Source: an uncultured Candidatus Saccharibacteria bacterium (GTDB taxonomy: Bacteria; Patescibacteriota; Saccharimonadia; Saccharimonadales; AWTP1-31). From it: a DNA stretch of 64,000 nucleotides. The position numbers were made by a program, and so were the translations under genes. Below are positions 1 to 7,829 of this stretch, piece by piece; the stretch's first letter is position 1; the number at the start of each line of letters is the position of its first letter. The stretch lies in the NCBI GenBank assembly GCA_964629815.1, contig CAZVTA010000001.1, forward strand, positions 189,226 to 253,225, in the 5' to 3' direction. The notes under the pieces were generated by a model that was not told where the DNA came from, did not search any database, and worked only from the letters and a program-made list of their open reading frames with translations.

Positions 1-729
1 ATTGAGCGAACTACTTGGAAGTCCAAGCCAATTCCACAGTACATTGGTATCTCGAATAATCGCAATGACCAGAGGAAGCAGCAAGATTATAAGCCCAGCG
101 AACATAAATGGAAGAATAGGTTTTACTGCAAATATAGTTTTGATAAGTTTTTTTCGTTGCCAAAATACACCAAGCAGTACAAGCCACACAAGGCCCGGAA
201 TATATAGCAGCCACACGCCAACTGCAGTAATGCCCACGATAGCCCGTATAGGTGCTTTTTGATTGGGTAACCATGCTCCGAGCCCAAGCGGGAGCATGAT
301 GCTAAGCATCATAATGTCTGGTGTTGCAAGCCGCGCAATATGCAAAAACCAGCTTGAACACACAAACAGAATGCTCGTAATCGCTGCTACACGGTGGCTA
401 TACCACCGTCTAATAACGTAATAAAACAGCAAACCAAACAATAGGCCAAATAGCGCGGTAACGCCACGCATGGCAATAATTCCATCCTTGCCAAATGTTT
501 GGAGTGCAAGCTGGAGTAGTTTATGAGGCAAATTCAGCGGGTTTGCCAAGATGGTGTCCAGACTAGACGACGCTTTAATGGCTGCTGCTTCCGGTGCGCT
601 AAAACCAGGAACGAGTGCGCGTAGTCGAAAAAAGAAGAGCCCAAACGCGGCCAAAACACCCACAACTCCCAGCAAGACTTGCTGCCAAGAGCCAACTTCG
701 ATCCAGCGCTTTATGTTGAGTTTACGCAT
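1..729 (-). CDS. GT-C type (ArnT/PMT-like) membrane glycosyltransferase, N-terminal 243 codons; continues past left edge
   Basis: Absent from ORF track because no stop lies in the window. Own translation from ATG 729-727: MRKLNIKRWIEVGSWQQVLLGVVGVLAAFGLFFFRLRALVPGFSAPEAAAIKASS...LFYYVIRRWYSHRVAAITSILFVCSSWFLHIARLATPDIMMLSIMLPLGLGAW, open through position 1, several hydrophobic helices. Family call is by resemblance only. Confidence 0.5.
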   Translation of the reverse strand, partial: MRKLNIKRWIEVGSWQQVLLGVVGVLAAFGLFFFRLRALVPGFSAPEAAAIKASSSLDTILANPLNLPHKLLQLALQTFGKDGIIAMRGVTALFGLLFGLLFYYVIRRWYSHRVAAITSILFVCSSWFLHIARLATPDIMMLSIMLPLGLGAWLPNQKAPIRAIVGITAVGVWLLYIPGLVWLVLLGVFWQRKKLIKTIFAVKPILPFMFAGLIILLLPLVIAIIRDTNVLWNWLGLPSSSLN

Positions 730-756
730 AATACTTACGTTTAGTATACCATCATA

Positions 757-2112
757 CTATTCAAACGGATTGCTATGTCTTGTATCAAGGCTACGGAAGC
801 GCTGCTTCTCTTTATCGAAGTACAGTTCGACTGCGCCGGTCGGACCATTACGATGCTTACGAATCAATATGTCGGTAACACCTTTTCGTTCAGAGTCGGG
901 GTTGTAGTACTCTTCGCGGTAAATAAATGCCACCACATCGGCATCCTGCTCGATAGATCCAGATTCGCGAAGATCCTGTAATTGAGGGATTTGTGGAGTA
1001 CGGTTTTCGACCGAACGACTCAACTGACTAAGCGCAATAAGGGGTACATTGAGTTCACGGGCTATACCCTTCAGTCCGCGAGAGATTTCGGATATTTCCT
1101 GCACTCGGTTGCCGTCGCCACTAAAACGAGCACCGCCACTCATAAGCTGTAAGTAGTCGACAATAATAAGCCCAAGAGGTCGTATGTGTGCCTCACGGCG
1201 TGCTTTAGTCCTAAGGTCGCTAACCGTAATGCCAGGAGTGTCATCGATAAAAATCTGCGCCTCGCTCAGGGCGCCCATAGCATGACCGATCTTTTCAAAG
1301 TCGGCGTCAGTAAGATTACCCGTTCGTAGTGCCCAGGCATCAACACCTGATTCCATAGCAAGCATGCGGTCTACGAGCTGCTCTTTGCTCATTTCTAGAC
1401 TAAAGAACAACACAGGTTCGCCGGCACCCAAGCCAACATTGTGTGCAAGGTTGAGCGATAGAGCGGTCTTACCCATAGAAGGTCGTGCCGCAAGAATGAA
1501 AAGGTCCGATCGCTGTAGCCCAGCAAGAATATTATCCATATCTTTAAAACCGGTTGGCACCCCACGAATTTTACCTTTGTCTTTATGTAGTTCGTCGAGA
1601 CGATCAAAACTTTCTGCAAGGATAGTCTCCATACTGGTGATATCTTGTTTGATATGGCGTTGGCTTACTTCGAAGAGTTTACTCTCTGCCTGTTCGATAA
1701 GTTGTTGCAGGTTACTTTCTTCCTGGTAGCCAAGCTCCACAATGTCTTGCGATGCTTTTATGAGTCGTCGTCGTAAGGCTTTTTGGGCAACAATCTCTGC
1801 GTATTTTTCGACATGCGCGGCTGTTGGTACGAAGTTTGTAAGCTGCGTAAGATATGCGCTGCCTCCAACATATTCAAGAAAGCCAGTTGTTTTGAGTTGA
1901 TCAGACAGGGTTAGCACATCGATAGGTTGATGCTTTTCATATAATTGCGTGATTGCTTCGAAGATACGCCCGTGCTTTTCATCGTAAAAATCAGGGGGCT
2001 GTACGATGTCGGCAATTTTTACGATTGCATCGCTATCAATTAGAATAGCGCCCAAAAGACTGGCTTCGGCATCGACGTTTTGCGGCGGGATGATTGCCTT
2101 ACTTCGGTCCAT
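757..2112 (-). CDS. dnaB: Replicative DNA helicase DnaB
   Basis: 451 aa. N-terminal DnaB domain (PPQNVDAEASLLGAIL), Walker A ARPSMGKTALSLNLA, IIVDYLQLM, SQLSR motifs. Confidence 0.97.
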   Translation of the reverse strand: MDRSKAIIPPQNVDAEASLLGAILIDSDAIVKIADIVQPPDFYDEKHGRIFEAITQLYEKHQPIDVLTLSDQLKTTGFLEYVGGSAYLTQLTNFVPTAAHVEKYAEIVAQKALRRRLIKASQDIVELGYQEESNLQQLIEQAESKLFEVSQRHIKQDITSMETILAESFDRLDELHKDKGKIRGVPTGFKDMDNILAGLQRSDLFILAARPSMGKTALSLNLAHNVGLGAGEPVLFFSLEMSKEQLVDRMLAMESGVDAWALRTGNLTDADFEKIGHAMGALSEAQIFIDDTPGITVSDLRTKARREAHIRPLGLIIVDYLQLMSGGARFSGDGNRVQEISEISRGLKGIARELNVPLIALSQLSRSVENRTPQIPQLQDLRESGSIEQDADVVAFIYREEYYNPDSERKGVTDILIRKHRNGPTGAVELYFDKEKQRFRSLDTRHSNPFE

Positions 2113-2117
2113 AGTAC

Positions 2118-3596
2118 TTAGGATTCTACCACTTCGGCGCCACCGAAAATATTGCTTATGGCGTTAATATCTACTGACTCTGCAGGAGGTTCTTGAGGCG
2201 TGGCTACTTTGTTAGACGGGGTGTCTTTGTTTGCTTTGTCGCAAGCTATTTCTAGGTTGTCTCCGGAAATTTCATGAATAGTATCGGCGATAATTTGTCG
2301 ATTTTTTTGTTCGTTAACCTGTTTTTGATGAAACCCAAACTTAAAGTGCAGCACAAGCTTGCCATCATATAGTTTTGGCTCGGCCATGCGAAGTATGCCA
2401 TAGAGTGTATTAAACTTGGTTTTAATCTTTGCAAGTACAAGCGGCCACTGTGAAATGTCGAATGCCCCGTTAGAGGGGAGTTGTTCTTCTTTTGCACTAG
2501 GTGCTTCGGCTGGGGGTTTCTTGGCTGCTTTTGCAGCAGGTTTAGATGTGGTAGGCTCGATTGTTGGCTTTGGCGACGGCTTTGTTGGTGTTGATGGACC
2601 TTGTTGCAGTGGTGGTGTAATGGTTGCGTGTTGTGGCTGTTTGGGCAGGGCTTCGAGCAAAGCGATTTCGAGCATTCTATCGGGAAGTGAGCTAGCTTGT
2701 ACATCAATAAGACTCCGTAACAACGTTGTTGTTGCTATGCCAGCCGACTCGAGTTCATTGTAGTGCTGCAGCGCATATGTACTGATCTGTTCGGCCAAGC
2801 TGCTGCTTTTTGCACCGGCATTACGGGCGTTTAGTAGCGCTGTTAAGACCGTACTAGGGCTGCCTGACTGTAGAGCCGTAACCAGCTCGTCTAAACGGTC
2901 GTGCGAAGCAATACCCAGCAGTGATTCGATTTCTGGGCGGCCGATTTTTCCTTCAATGCTGCGCGTTTGGTCGAGCATACTAATGCTGTCGCGTACACTG
3001 CCTTCAGAGTGATTAACGATGAGCTCAAGTGCGTCTGTATCTATAGCGATCTTTTCTTTCTTTGCAATTGTCGCCAGATGCTTGGTGAGTGTTTTGCTGT
3101 CAACGGGTCGAAAGGCGAAGTGCTGGGTGCGGCTTACAATGGTTTCGGGGAGTTTGTGTAGTTCGGTCGTTGCTAAAATAAAGATGACGTGTTTTGGCGG
3201 CTCTTCGAGTGTCTTGAGGAGAGCATTAAATGCTTCGCGCGTGAGCATGTGTACCTCGTCGATAATGTATACCTTGTAGGTTGCACTGGTAGGCAGGATG
3301 TGAACTTTGTCGCGCAGGTCGCGAATCTCATCGATTCGGCGATTGCTTGCAGCATCTATTTCGATAATGTCTAGGTGTGCGGTTTCGTCAGTATACGGCA
3401 AGCTGTTTAGTTCGTGGGCTAATATGCGAGCAATGCTTGTTTTTCCGACGCCGCGTGGTCCTGTAAATAAATATGCATGCCCAAAGGTTTTATTTTTTAG
3501 GGCATTTTTGAGCGTAGCAGTAACATGCTCCTGACCGATAACATCGTCAAGCTGCTTCGAACGGTATTTTCGATATAACGCCTTCCCCATAGCCAT
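2118..3596 (-). CDS. dnaX: DNA polymerase III subunit gamma/tau
   Basis: 492 aa. Clamp-loader AAA+ motifs FTGPRGVGKTS, IIDEVHML, LEEPP, SRTQ, then a Pro/Ala/Lys-rich linker and C-terminal domain. Confidence 0.95.
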   Translation of the reverse strand: MAMGKALYRKYRSKQLDDVIGQEHVTATLKNALKNKTFGHAYLFTGPRGVGKTSIARILAHELNSLPYTDETAHLDIIEIDAASNRRIDEIRDLRDKVHILPTSATYKVYIIDEVHMLTREAFNALLKTLEEPPKHVIFILATTELHKLPETIVSRTQHFAFRPVDSKTLTKHLATIAKKEKIAIDTDALELIVNHSEGSVRDSISMLDQTRSIEGKIGRPEIESLLGIASHDRLDELVTALQSGSPSTVLTALLNARNAGAKSSSLAEQISTYALQHYNELESAGIATTTLLRSLIDVQASSLPDRMLEIALLEALPKQPQHATITPPLQQGPSTPTKPSPKPTIEPTTSKPAAKAAKKPPAEAPSAKEEQLPSNGAFDISQWPLVLAKIKTKFNTLYGILRMAEPKLYDGKLVLHFKFGFHQKQVNEQKNRQIIADTIHEISGDNLEIACDKANKDTPSNKVATPQEPPAESVDINAISNIFGGAEVVES

Positions 3597-3664
3597 AGTA
3601 TTATACCGAATACAGCAATATTAATCCGTTGCGCAATCCACACCGCTTCAATACTAAACAGATG

Positions 3665-4174
3665 CTACAGTGCTGCTTCGAGTGCTGCCCACTCTGCGTT
3701 GTCGTCGTCTTCAGGGATGTTGACACTGACTTGATCGCCGGGCTTTGCTTTAAAATACGTTACGCTCGCAAGCAGTACACGGTATGATTTTTTACCAGAG
3801 ATTACGAAATAATGGCCGTCACGTAGTTCTAGCATGCCTACAATTTGTTTGCGCGCTATCGGGCCGATTTGCTTGTACATAAAAGTGCCGTCGTCGGCTA
3901 TGGTCAGCTTAAGGATGTCTCCTTGTACAAGTTTTGACTTACTAGCATAGTTTGCTGGCACAGGGTACGTCTTGCCATCGCTGCCAACCATGTTTTGACC
4001 ATCAAACACACCTTCAATGACCTTGCCGAGTGCTTCTTCGGGTGTAGCTAAGTTAAGCGCACTATCGTCGCCCACTAAACTCACTAACAGCTCTTTTGCA
4101 GCTGCCAGACTTGTTTCAGCCTCCTGAATAAGGCTGCGTAATCTTTTTATTTGTTTCTCCGGAACATCCGCCAT
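3665..4174 (-). CDS. Hypothetical protein (169 aa)
   Basis: ORF-track ORF on the operon strand with protein-like composition; N-terminal coiled helix then beta-rich region. No family recognised. Confidence 0.6.
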   Translation of the reverse strand: MADVPEKQIKRLRSLIQEAETSLAAAKELLVSLVGDDSALNLATPEEALGKVIEGVFDGQNMVGSDGKTYPVPANYASKSKLVQGDILKLTIADDGTFMYKQIGPIARKQIVGMLELRDGHYFVISGKKSYRVLLASVTYFKAKPGDQVSVNIPEDDDNAEWAALEAAL

Positions 4175-4349
4175 CTCGGCCCCTATCGTAGTGTTTGTTT
4201 AGGTACACTTACGCTAAAACTATCATGTTTGTTTTGGCAAGTCAAAACTTTTCAACAAAACCTGTGGATAAAATACGTATGTTTTTCTACGACACCTACA
4301 AATAATTTTGAATGTCTCCTAAGTATGCGTGGTTATGCAAGTAGAGTTT

Positions 4350-5333
4350 TTAGAATTTACGACGTCCAAATCTTCTGCTTTGGGGTGGTGGGGGTGGAAC
4401 AAAACTTCGAGCCGGGGTTTCAGGGGCTGGATGTAATGGGGGTACGCGGTCGGTAGTAGATGTGGTGTATGATGATTGTTTGGTAAGAATAGCTTCTATG
4501 ATTTGCATCATCTGTTCGGCGGAGAGTGTCATGGGTGTTCTTACGCCATCAGCTAGCTCGGCTAATTTGAATTTTTTTCTGCTTTCACGATGTCCGGCAG
4601 ATTTGTCGCCTGCGAATGCTTTAAATAGTTCGAGGAATAATTCAGGATCGGAGTCGAGCTGTTCAATCTCTTGCTCTAGCTGGCTGATCTTTGGAATTGA
4701 TACTATCATATCTACATCAGGTCTCATTTTTACTGCTTTTGGCGATGCCATAACAAGCTTATATGTGACGCCGTCCTCGTTCTCTAGCCTGATTACCGCC
4801 GAAGGCAATTTTACCGAAAGCACTCCTGCCGTCTCAGGATAAACTACGCCTTGAACATCTTGCCTGGAGAGTAAAAGTAGTCTATCAAAGTCTTGCCTAA
4901 GTAGTTCAGAGTCTCTTGTTTCGTCTGATACTCTCTTAATCTTGTATCTACTTAATGCACTGTACGCTGCACCTTCGTCCCAATAATCTATCCCTACTGA
5001 TATCGCAGGATTTGAAACGATCGATTCTATTGCATGTCTTTTTTCTGCCGATAGCCCCTCTGTTTCGTTGGGTTCGTCTACTGTCTCGGTTATTCCTTTG
5101 GAGGTTACACTGTTTAGGGCGATGTCTCCAGCTCTACTGCTCTCTTTATTGTCAGTGTCAACCTGTTCTTCTGGCCAGCTTCCACCCAGTTCATTAACAA
5201 TTGCAGCTCTCTGTGCTTCTGATAATCCCTTGAGATAATTTAACTCAGTGGGCCTTAGTCCAGTTCTTTGATCAATAATATTTTCTGAACTATCTTGAGG
5301 AGGGAGTAGATCGCTGTTTGGTGTGTCGGTCAT
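4350..5333 (-). CDS. Hypothetical protein (327 aa), Pro-rich basic C-terminus
   Basis: ORF-track ORF. Extended -10 TGCTATAAT (5349-5341) lies 7 nt upstream of the ATG with no SD, so it is a leaderless candidate. No family recognised. Confidence 0.6.
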   Translation of the reverse strand: MTDTPNSDLLPPQDSSENIIDQRTGLRPTELNYLKGLSEAQRAAIVNELGGSWPEEQVDTDNKESSRAGDIALNSVTSKGITETVDEPNETEGLSAEKRHAIESIVSNPAISVGIDYWDEGAAYSALSRYKIKRVSDETRDSELLRQDFDRLLLLSRQDVQGVVYPETAGVLSVKLPSAVIRLENEDGVTYKLVMASPKAVKMRPDVDMIVSIPKISQLEQEIEQLDSDPELFLELFKAFAGDKSAGHRESRKKFKLAELADGVRTPMTLSAEQMMQIIEAILTKQSSYTTSTTDRVPPLHPAPETPARSFVPPPPPQSRRFGRRKF

Positions 5334-5358
5334 TAATATTATTATAGCATTTATATAT

Positions 5359-5384
5359 AAAGACCGCTGTTGCCAGCGGTCTTT
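5359..5384 (-). terminator. Hairpin terminator after rplL
   Basis: AAAGACCGCTG-loop-CAGCGGTCTTT followed on the minus strand by a U/A-rich tail (TTTATATATAAAT). Confidence 0.6.
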
Positions 5385-5404
5385 AATGTCGGTTGCTCTA
5401 GTGT

Positions 5405-5788
5405 TTAGGCGAGTTCGACAGTAGCACCTGCTTCTTCGAGGGCTTTTTTAGCTGCTTCTGCGTCTTCTTTCTTTGCTTTTTCAAGCACAGTTTTTGGAGC
5501 GCCGTCTACAACAGCTTTTGCTTCACCAAGACCAAGACCAGTAAGTTCTTTTACTGCCTTGATGACTGCTACTTTTTGTGCACCAGCGTCTTTAAGAACG
5601 ACGTCAAATTCGCTCTTTTCGTCTGCTGCAGCTGCAGCGCCATCGCCACCAGCTGCTGGAGCAGCTACGACAGCAGCGGCTGCTGCTGGCTCGATGCCAT
5701 ATTCTTCTTTGAGGATTGTTGCAAGTTCGTTAACTTCTAATACAGTAAGACCAACGAGCTGTTCTGCAAATTTCTTTAGATCTGCCAT
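5405..5788 (-). CDS. rplL: 50S ribosomal protein bL12 (L7/L12)
   Basis: [34 protein letters not shown], Ala-rich hinge, conserved C-terminal domain. The track ORF starts at an upstream GTG (5818); ATG 5788 fits the family N-terminus. Confidence 0.95.
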   Translation of the reverse strand: MADLKKFAEQLVGLTVLEVNELATILKEEYGIEPAAAAAVVAAPAAGGDGAAAAADEKSEFDVVLKDAGAQKVAVIKAVKELTGLGLGEAKAVVDGAPKTVLEKAKKEDAEAAKKALEEAGATVELA

Positions 5789-5926
5789 TGTTAGTTCGCT
5801 TCGCTTTTTGAAGGACACCTACGGTTTCCCTCAACGCGCCGGGTAAAAAACGCGATTTTTACTCGGGCTGCTCTCTTCCCTGTGAAGTGAGCAAAACGAA
5901 ACTCTCCTTTCTATAGATTAATTATA

Positions 5927-6448
5927 TTACGCGGCCTTTGCCTCGATAGCCTTTAATAGGCCATGGAGATTACCGCCAAGACCACTCATGACCTCGTTTA
6001 CCGGGCCGTTGAGTGTGTTGATGATTCCGGCAATGAGCTGGTGCTTGCTTGGTAGTGCTGACAATGCAGTTACCTCTTCTGCGCTCAAGAATTTGCCGTC
6101 TGCGCTGATGGCGCCGACAAACTTGATCGAAGGATTGGTTTTTGCAAAGGTAGCTAGTACTTTGGCAGGCATAACTTCATCGTTGTCATTAAATGCATAG
6201 AGCAACTGGCCTTTAAGTGCGCCGAGTTCGACGTCTTTAAGTGCTTCGCTATTCTGTGCAGCTTTAATGACAAGCCGGTTTTTTGCGACTTTTACGATGG
6301 TACCTTCGTTCTTTGCATCACGGCGAAGTTGCTGGAGTGCTTTAACGGTTGTACCTTGGTAGTCTGCGACAACAGTCATCTTTGAAGCAGCGAGTAAATC
6401 GCTTACTTCTTGTACGACTTGCTGTTTTTTGTCCTTTGTTAGTGCCAT
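5927..6448 (-). CDS. rplJ: 50S ribosomal protein uL10
   Basis: 173 aa with a typical L10 N-terminus (MALTKDKKQQVVQEVSDLL...TVVADYQGTTV); lies upstream of rplL. Confidence 0.95.
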   Translation of the reverse strand: MALTKDKKQQVVQEVSDLLAASKMTVVADYQGTTVKALQQLRRDAKNEGTIVKVAKNRLVIKAAQNSEALKDVELGALKGQLLYAFNDNDEVMPAKVLATFAKTNPSIKFVGAISADGKFLSAEEVTALSALPSKHQLIAGIINTLNGPVNEVMSGLGGNLHGLLKAIEAKAA

Positions 6449-6657
6449 GGAATATTGTTCCCTTCACTGTTATTCGAAAACCGTATCGACCGTTTGGTTC
6501 TCACGTTACCTGCAAATAAAAATGCCTCTGGCTAAGCCAAAGACATTAATGAGTATGCGAAACTAATGTTTCTACCTCGGTAGCATGTTTAAGCTGTTTC
6601 CAGCCGCTACTGTCTTTGGTAACGATACAAGTATTTTACCTCTGTTACGGATTATTG

Positions 6658-7050
6658 TCAACGACAATCTTCGGGTGGATTTGGGCCGTATCTGTGCAAA
6701 ATGGTGCGATGTGAAAATGGTCTATTCAGGGCCGATGACTTGCTTCGGCGCAAACGATCAACATGAGGCTGTAATACTGGGTCGTTATGTTCGGCAAATG
6801 CTTCTAAAACTGCTAGACCAAATGGGTCGACCGTGTCAATTCGATACGGTGGGTTTATTTTAACTGCATGCCAATAGAGACTGCCAACTCGTTCGGCTGT
6901 TGTGCAGAGCTCGTCGAGACTGAGTGTTGCTACAAGCCACTGGCCAAGCTCTTTACTGAACTGTAACATGTCTTCGTGCGACCGAAAGGTCGTGGCTTTG
7001 ACTTCTTCGAATTCGTGTTTGGTTGGTAGGTGGCTGATTTGTTCGTTCAT
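6658..7050 (-). CDS. Hypothetical protein (130 aa)
   Basis: ORF-track ORF with SD AAAGGAAG 5 nt upstream of the ATG, directly after terminator 7072-7093. No family recognised. Confidence 0.5.
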   Translation of the reverse strand: MNEQISHLPTKHEFEEVKATTFRSHEDMLQFSKELGQWLVATLSLDELCTTAERVGSLYWHAVKINPPYRIDTVDPFGLAVLEAFAEHNDPVLQPHVDRLRRSKSSALNRPFSHRTILHRYGPNPPEDCR

Positions 7051-7071
7051 GGTCTTCCTTTAGACATAAAA

Positions 7072-7093
7072 AATACCCCTGGTGCGGGGTATT
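7072..7093 (-). terminator. Rho-independent terminator
   Basis: Minus strand AAAATACCCC-GCACCA-GGGGTATTTTTT. Confidence 0.75.
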
Positions 7094-7119
7094 TTGGTAT
7101 CAACAAGAATAGTGCCCGC

Positions 7120-7164
7120 TTAGTAGGGTGTGGTAATAATCTCGTTGATAATTATTGATTGCAT
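7120..7164 (-). promoter_or_regulatory. Candidate leaderless leader peptide MQSIIINEIITTPY (Ile/Thr-rich)
   Basis: Own reading. The ATG lies 7 nt downstream of TATACT (7177-7172), with -35 TTGCGA at 7200-7195 and a 17-nt spacer. Followed by terminator 7072-7093, then the SD and ATG of the 130-aa ORF. Confidence 0.3.
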
Positions 7165-7171
7165 GAACGCG

Positions 7172-7200
7172 AGTATAGTATAAAAATCCGGTATTCGCAA
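7172..7200 (-). promoter_or_regulatory. Sigma70-like promoter TTGCGA-N17-TATACT
   Basis: Motif read directly after the stop of ORF 7210-7632. Confidence 0.45.
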
Positions 7201-7209
7201 GAACCTTAT

Positions 7210-7632
7210 TTAAATTCCATGTGCAAGTGGATCGCGTGGTGTGGGTACGACGACTGGTACGTCTGCCATGCTTTCTGTGCCGCCGTACGGAACAATAACC
7301 GGCAAAATACTGCGCGGGATAACAATCCCAGCCTTTTCTGCTGCTATAAACGCTTCCTTGCGTGTAGTAGGTTCAAACATATCTGGATTTTGCGCAATAG
7401 CCAGTATGACGGCGCCTATAGCGGTACGTTCTTCGATTGCATTGTTATCTTCCTCTGTATCCTCTGGCCACCAATCTACAAGCTCTTCCCAGCGTTTTCG
7501 ACTACCGGTTTCAGGATCAATGTTGCCATCTCGTTCTATTGCTTTTGCTATTCCTTCGGGCGTGCACGGAAATAATTCCGTACCATACGTTGCTACCTGG
7601 CTGTCGTGCCAGTCTGCTACAGTTTGTCTCAT
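7210..7632 (-). CDS. Hypothetical acidic protein (140 aa)
   Basis: ORF-track ORF with SD GGAG (TATGGAGAATAATACATG). Chosen over two overlapping plus-strand shadow ORFs because of composition and operon strand. Confidence 0.55.
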   Translation of the reverse strand: MRQTVADWHDSQVATYGTELFPCTPEGIAKAIERDGNIDPETGSRKRWEELVDWWPEDTEEDNNAIEERTAIGAVILAIAQNPDMFEPTTRKEAFIAAEKAGIVIPRSILPVIVPYGGTESMADVPVVVPTPRDPLAHGI

Positions 7633-7651
7633 GTATTATTCTCCATAAATT

Positions 7652-7674
7652 AAAAATCAGGCGGTGAAGCCTGA
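7652..7674 (-). terminator. Rho-independent terminator
   Basis: Minus strand TCAGGC-TTCACC-GCCTGA followed by TTTTTAATTT. Confidence 0.7.
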
Positions 7675-7706
7675 TTGATGGGGCTGTGCTAAGGCGCGAA
7701 AAACGC

Positions 7707-7778
7707 TCAGGCTTCAACCATGCTGAAGCACAGCCCAGTAAGGCTGAGAAGGAGCATGTTTAAAGCTTGTTGTATCAT
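7707..7778 (-). promoter_or_regulatory. Candidate leaderless mini-ORF MIQQALNMLLLSLTGLCFSMVEA (Leu-rich) inside a structured leader
   Basis: Own reading. The ATG lies 7 nt after TATGGT (7791-7786), with -35 TTGACA at 7815-7810 and an 18-nt spacer. The ORF ends inside a long hairpin (GGGCTGTGCT...AGCACAGCCC, 7681-7737), and terminator 7652-7674 follows. Confidence 0.3.
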
Positions 7779-7829
7779 GAGTAGTACCATACCGTAGATG
7801 TAGATGATGTGTCAAGGAGTGGTAGTGGT

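Noticed and set aside
2290-2305. A-run (CAAAAAAAT on the minus strand) in dnaX as a programmed frameshift site producing gamma
   Set aside because: It lies near the extreme C-terminus of the ORF (within ...VNEQKNRQII...), far downstream of where tau/gamma frameshifting occurs, and it lacks a downstream hairpin.
7159-7648. Two plus-strand ORFs (138 and 135 aa) overlapping the minus-strand 140-aa ORF
   Set aside because: The minus-strand ORF has an SD, a balanced composition and the operon orientation. The plus-strand products are Cys/Ser/Phe-rich. The strand call is still only moderately certain.
7681-7737. Purine-riboswitch-like three-way junction
   Set aside because: The stem arrangement is superficially similar, but the junction and loop sequences do not match the purine, preQ1 or other classes I can recall. 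It is reported only as an unclassified structured leader.
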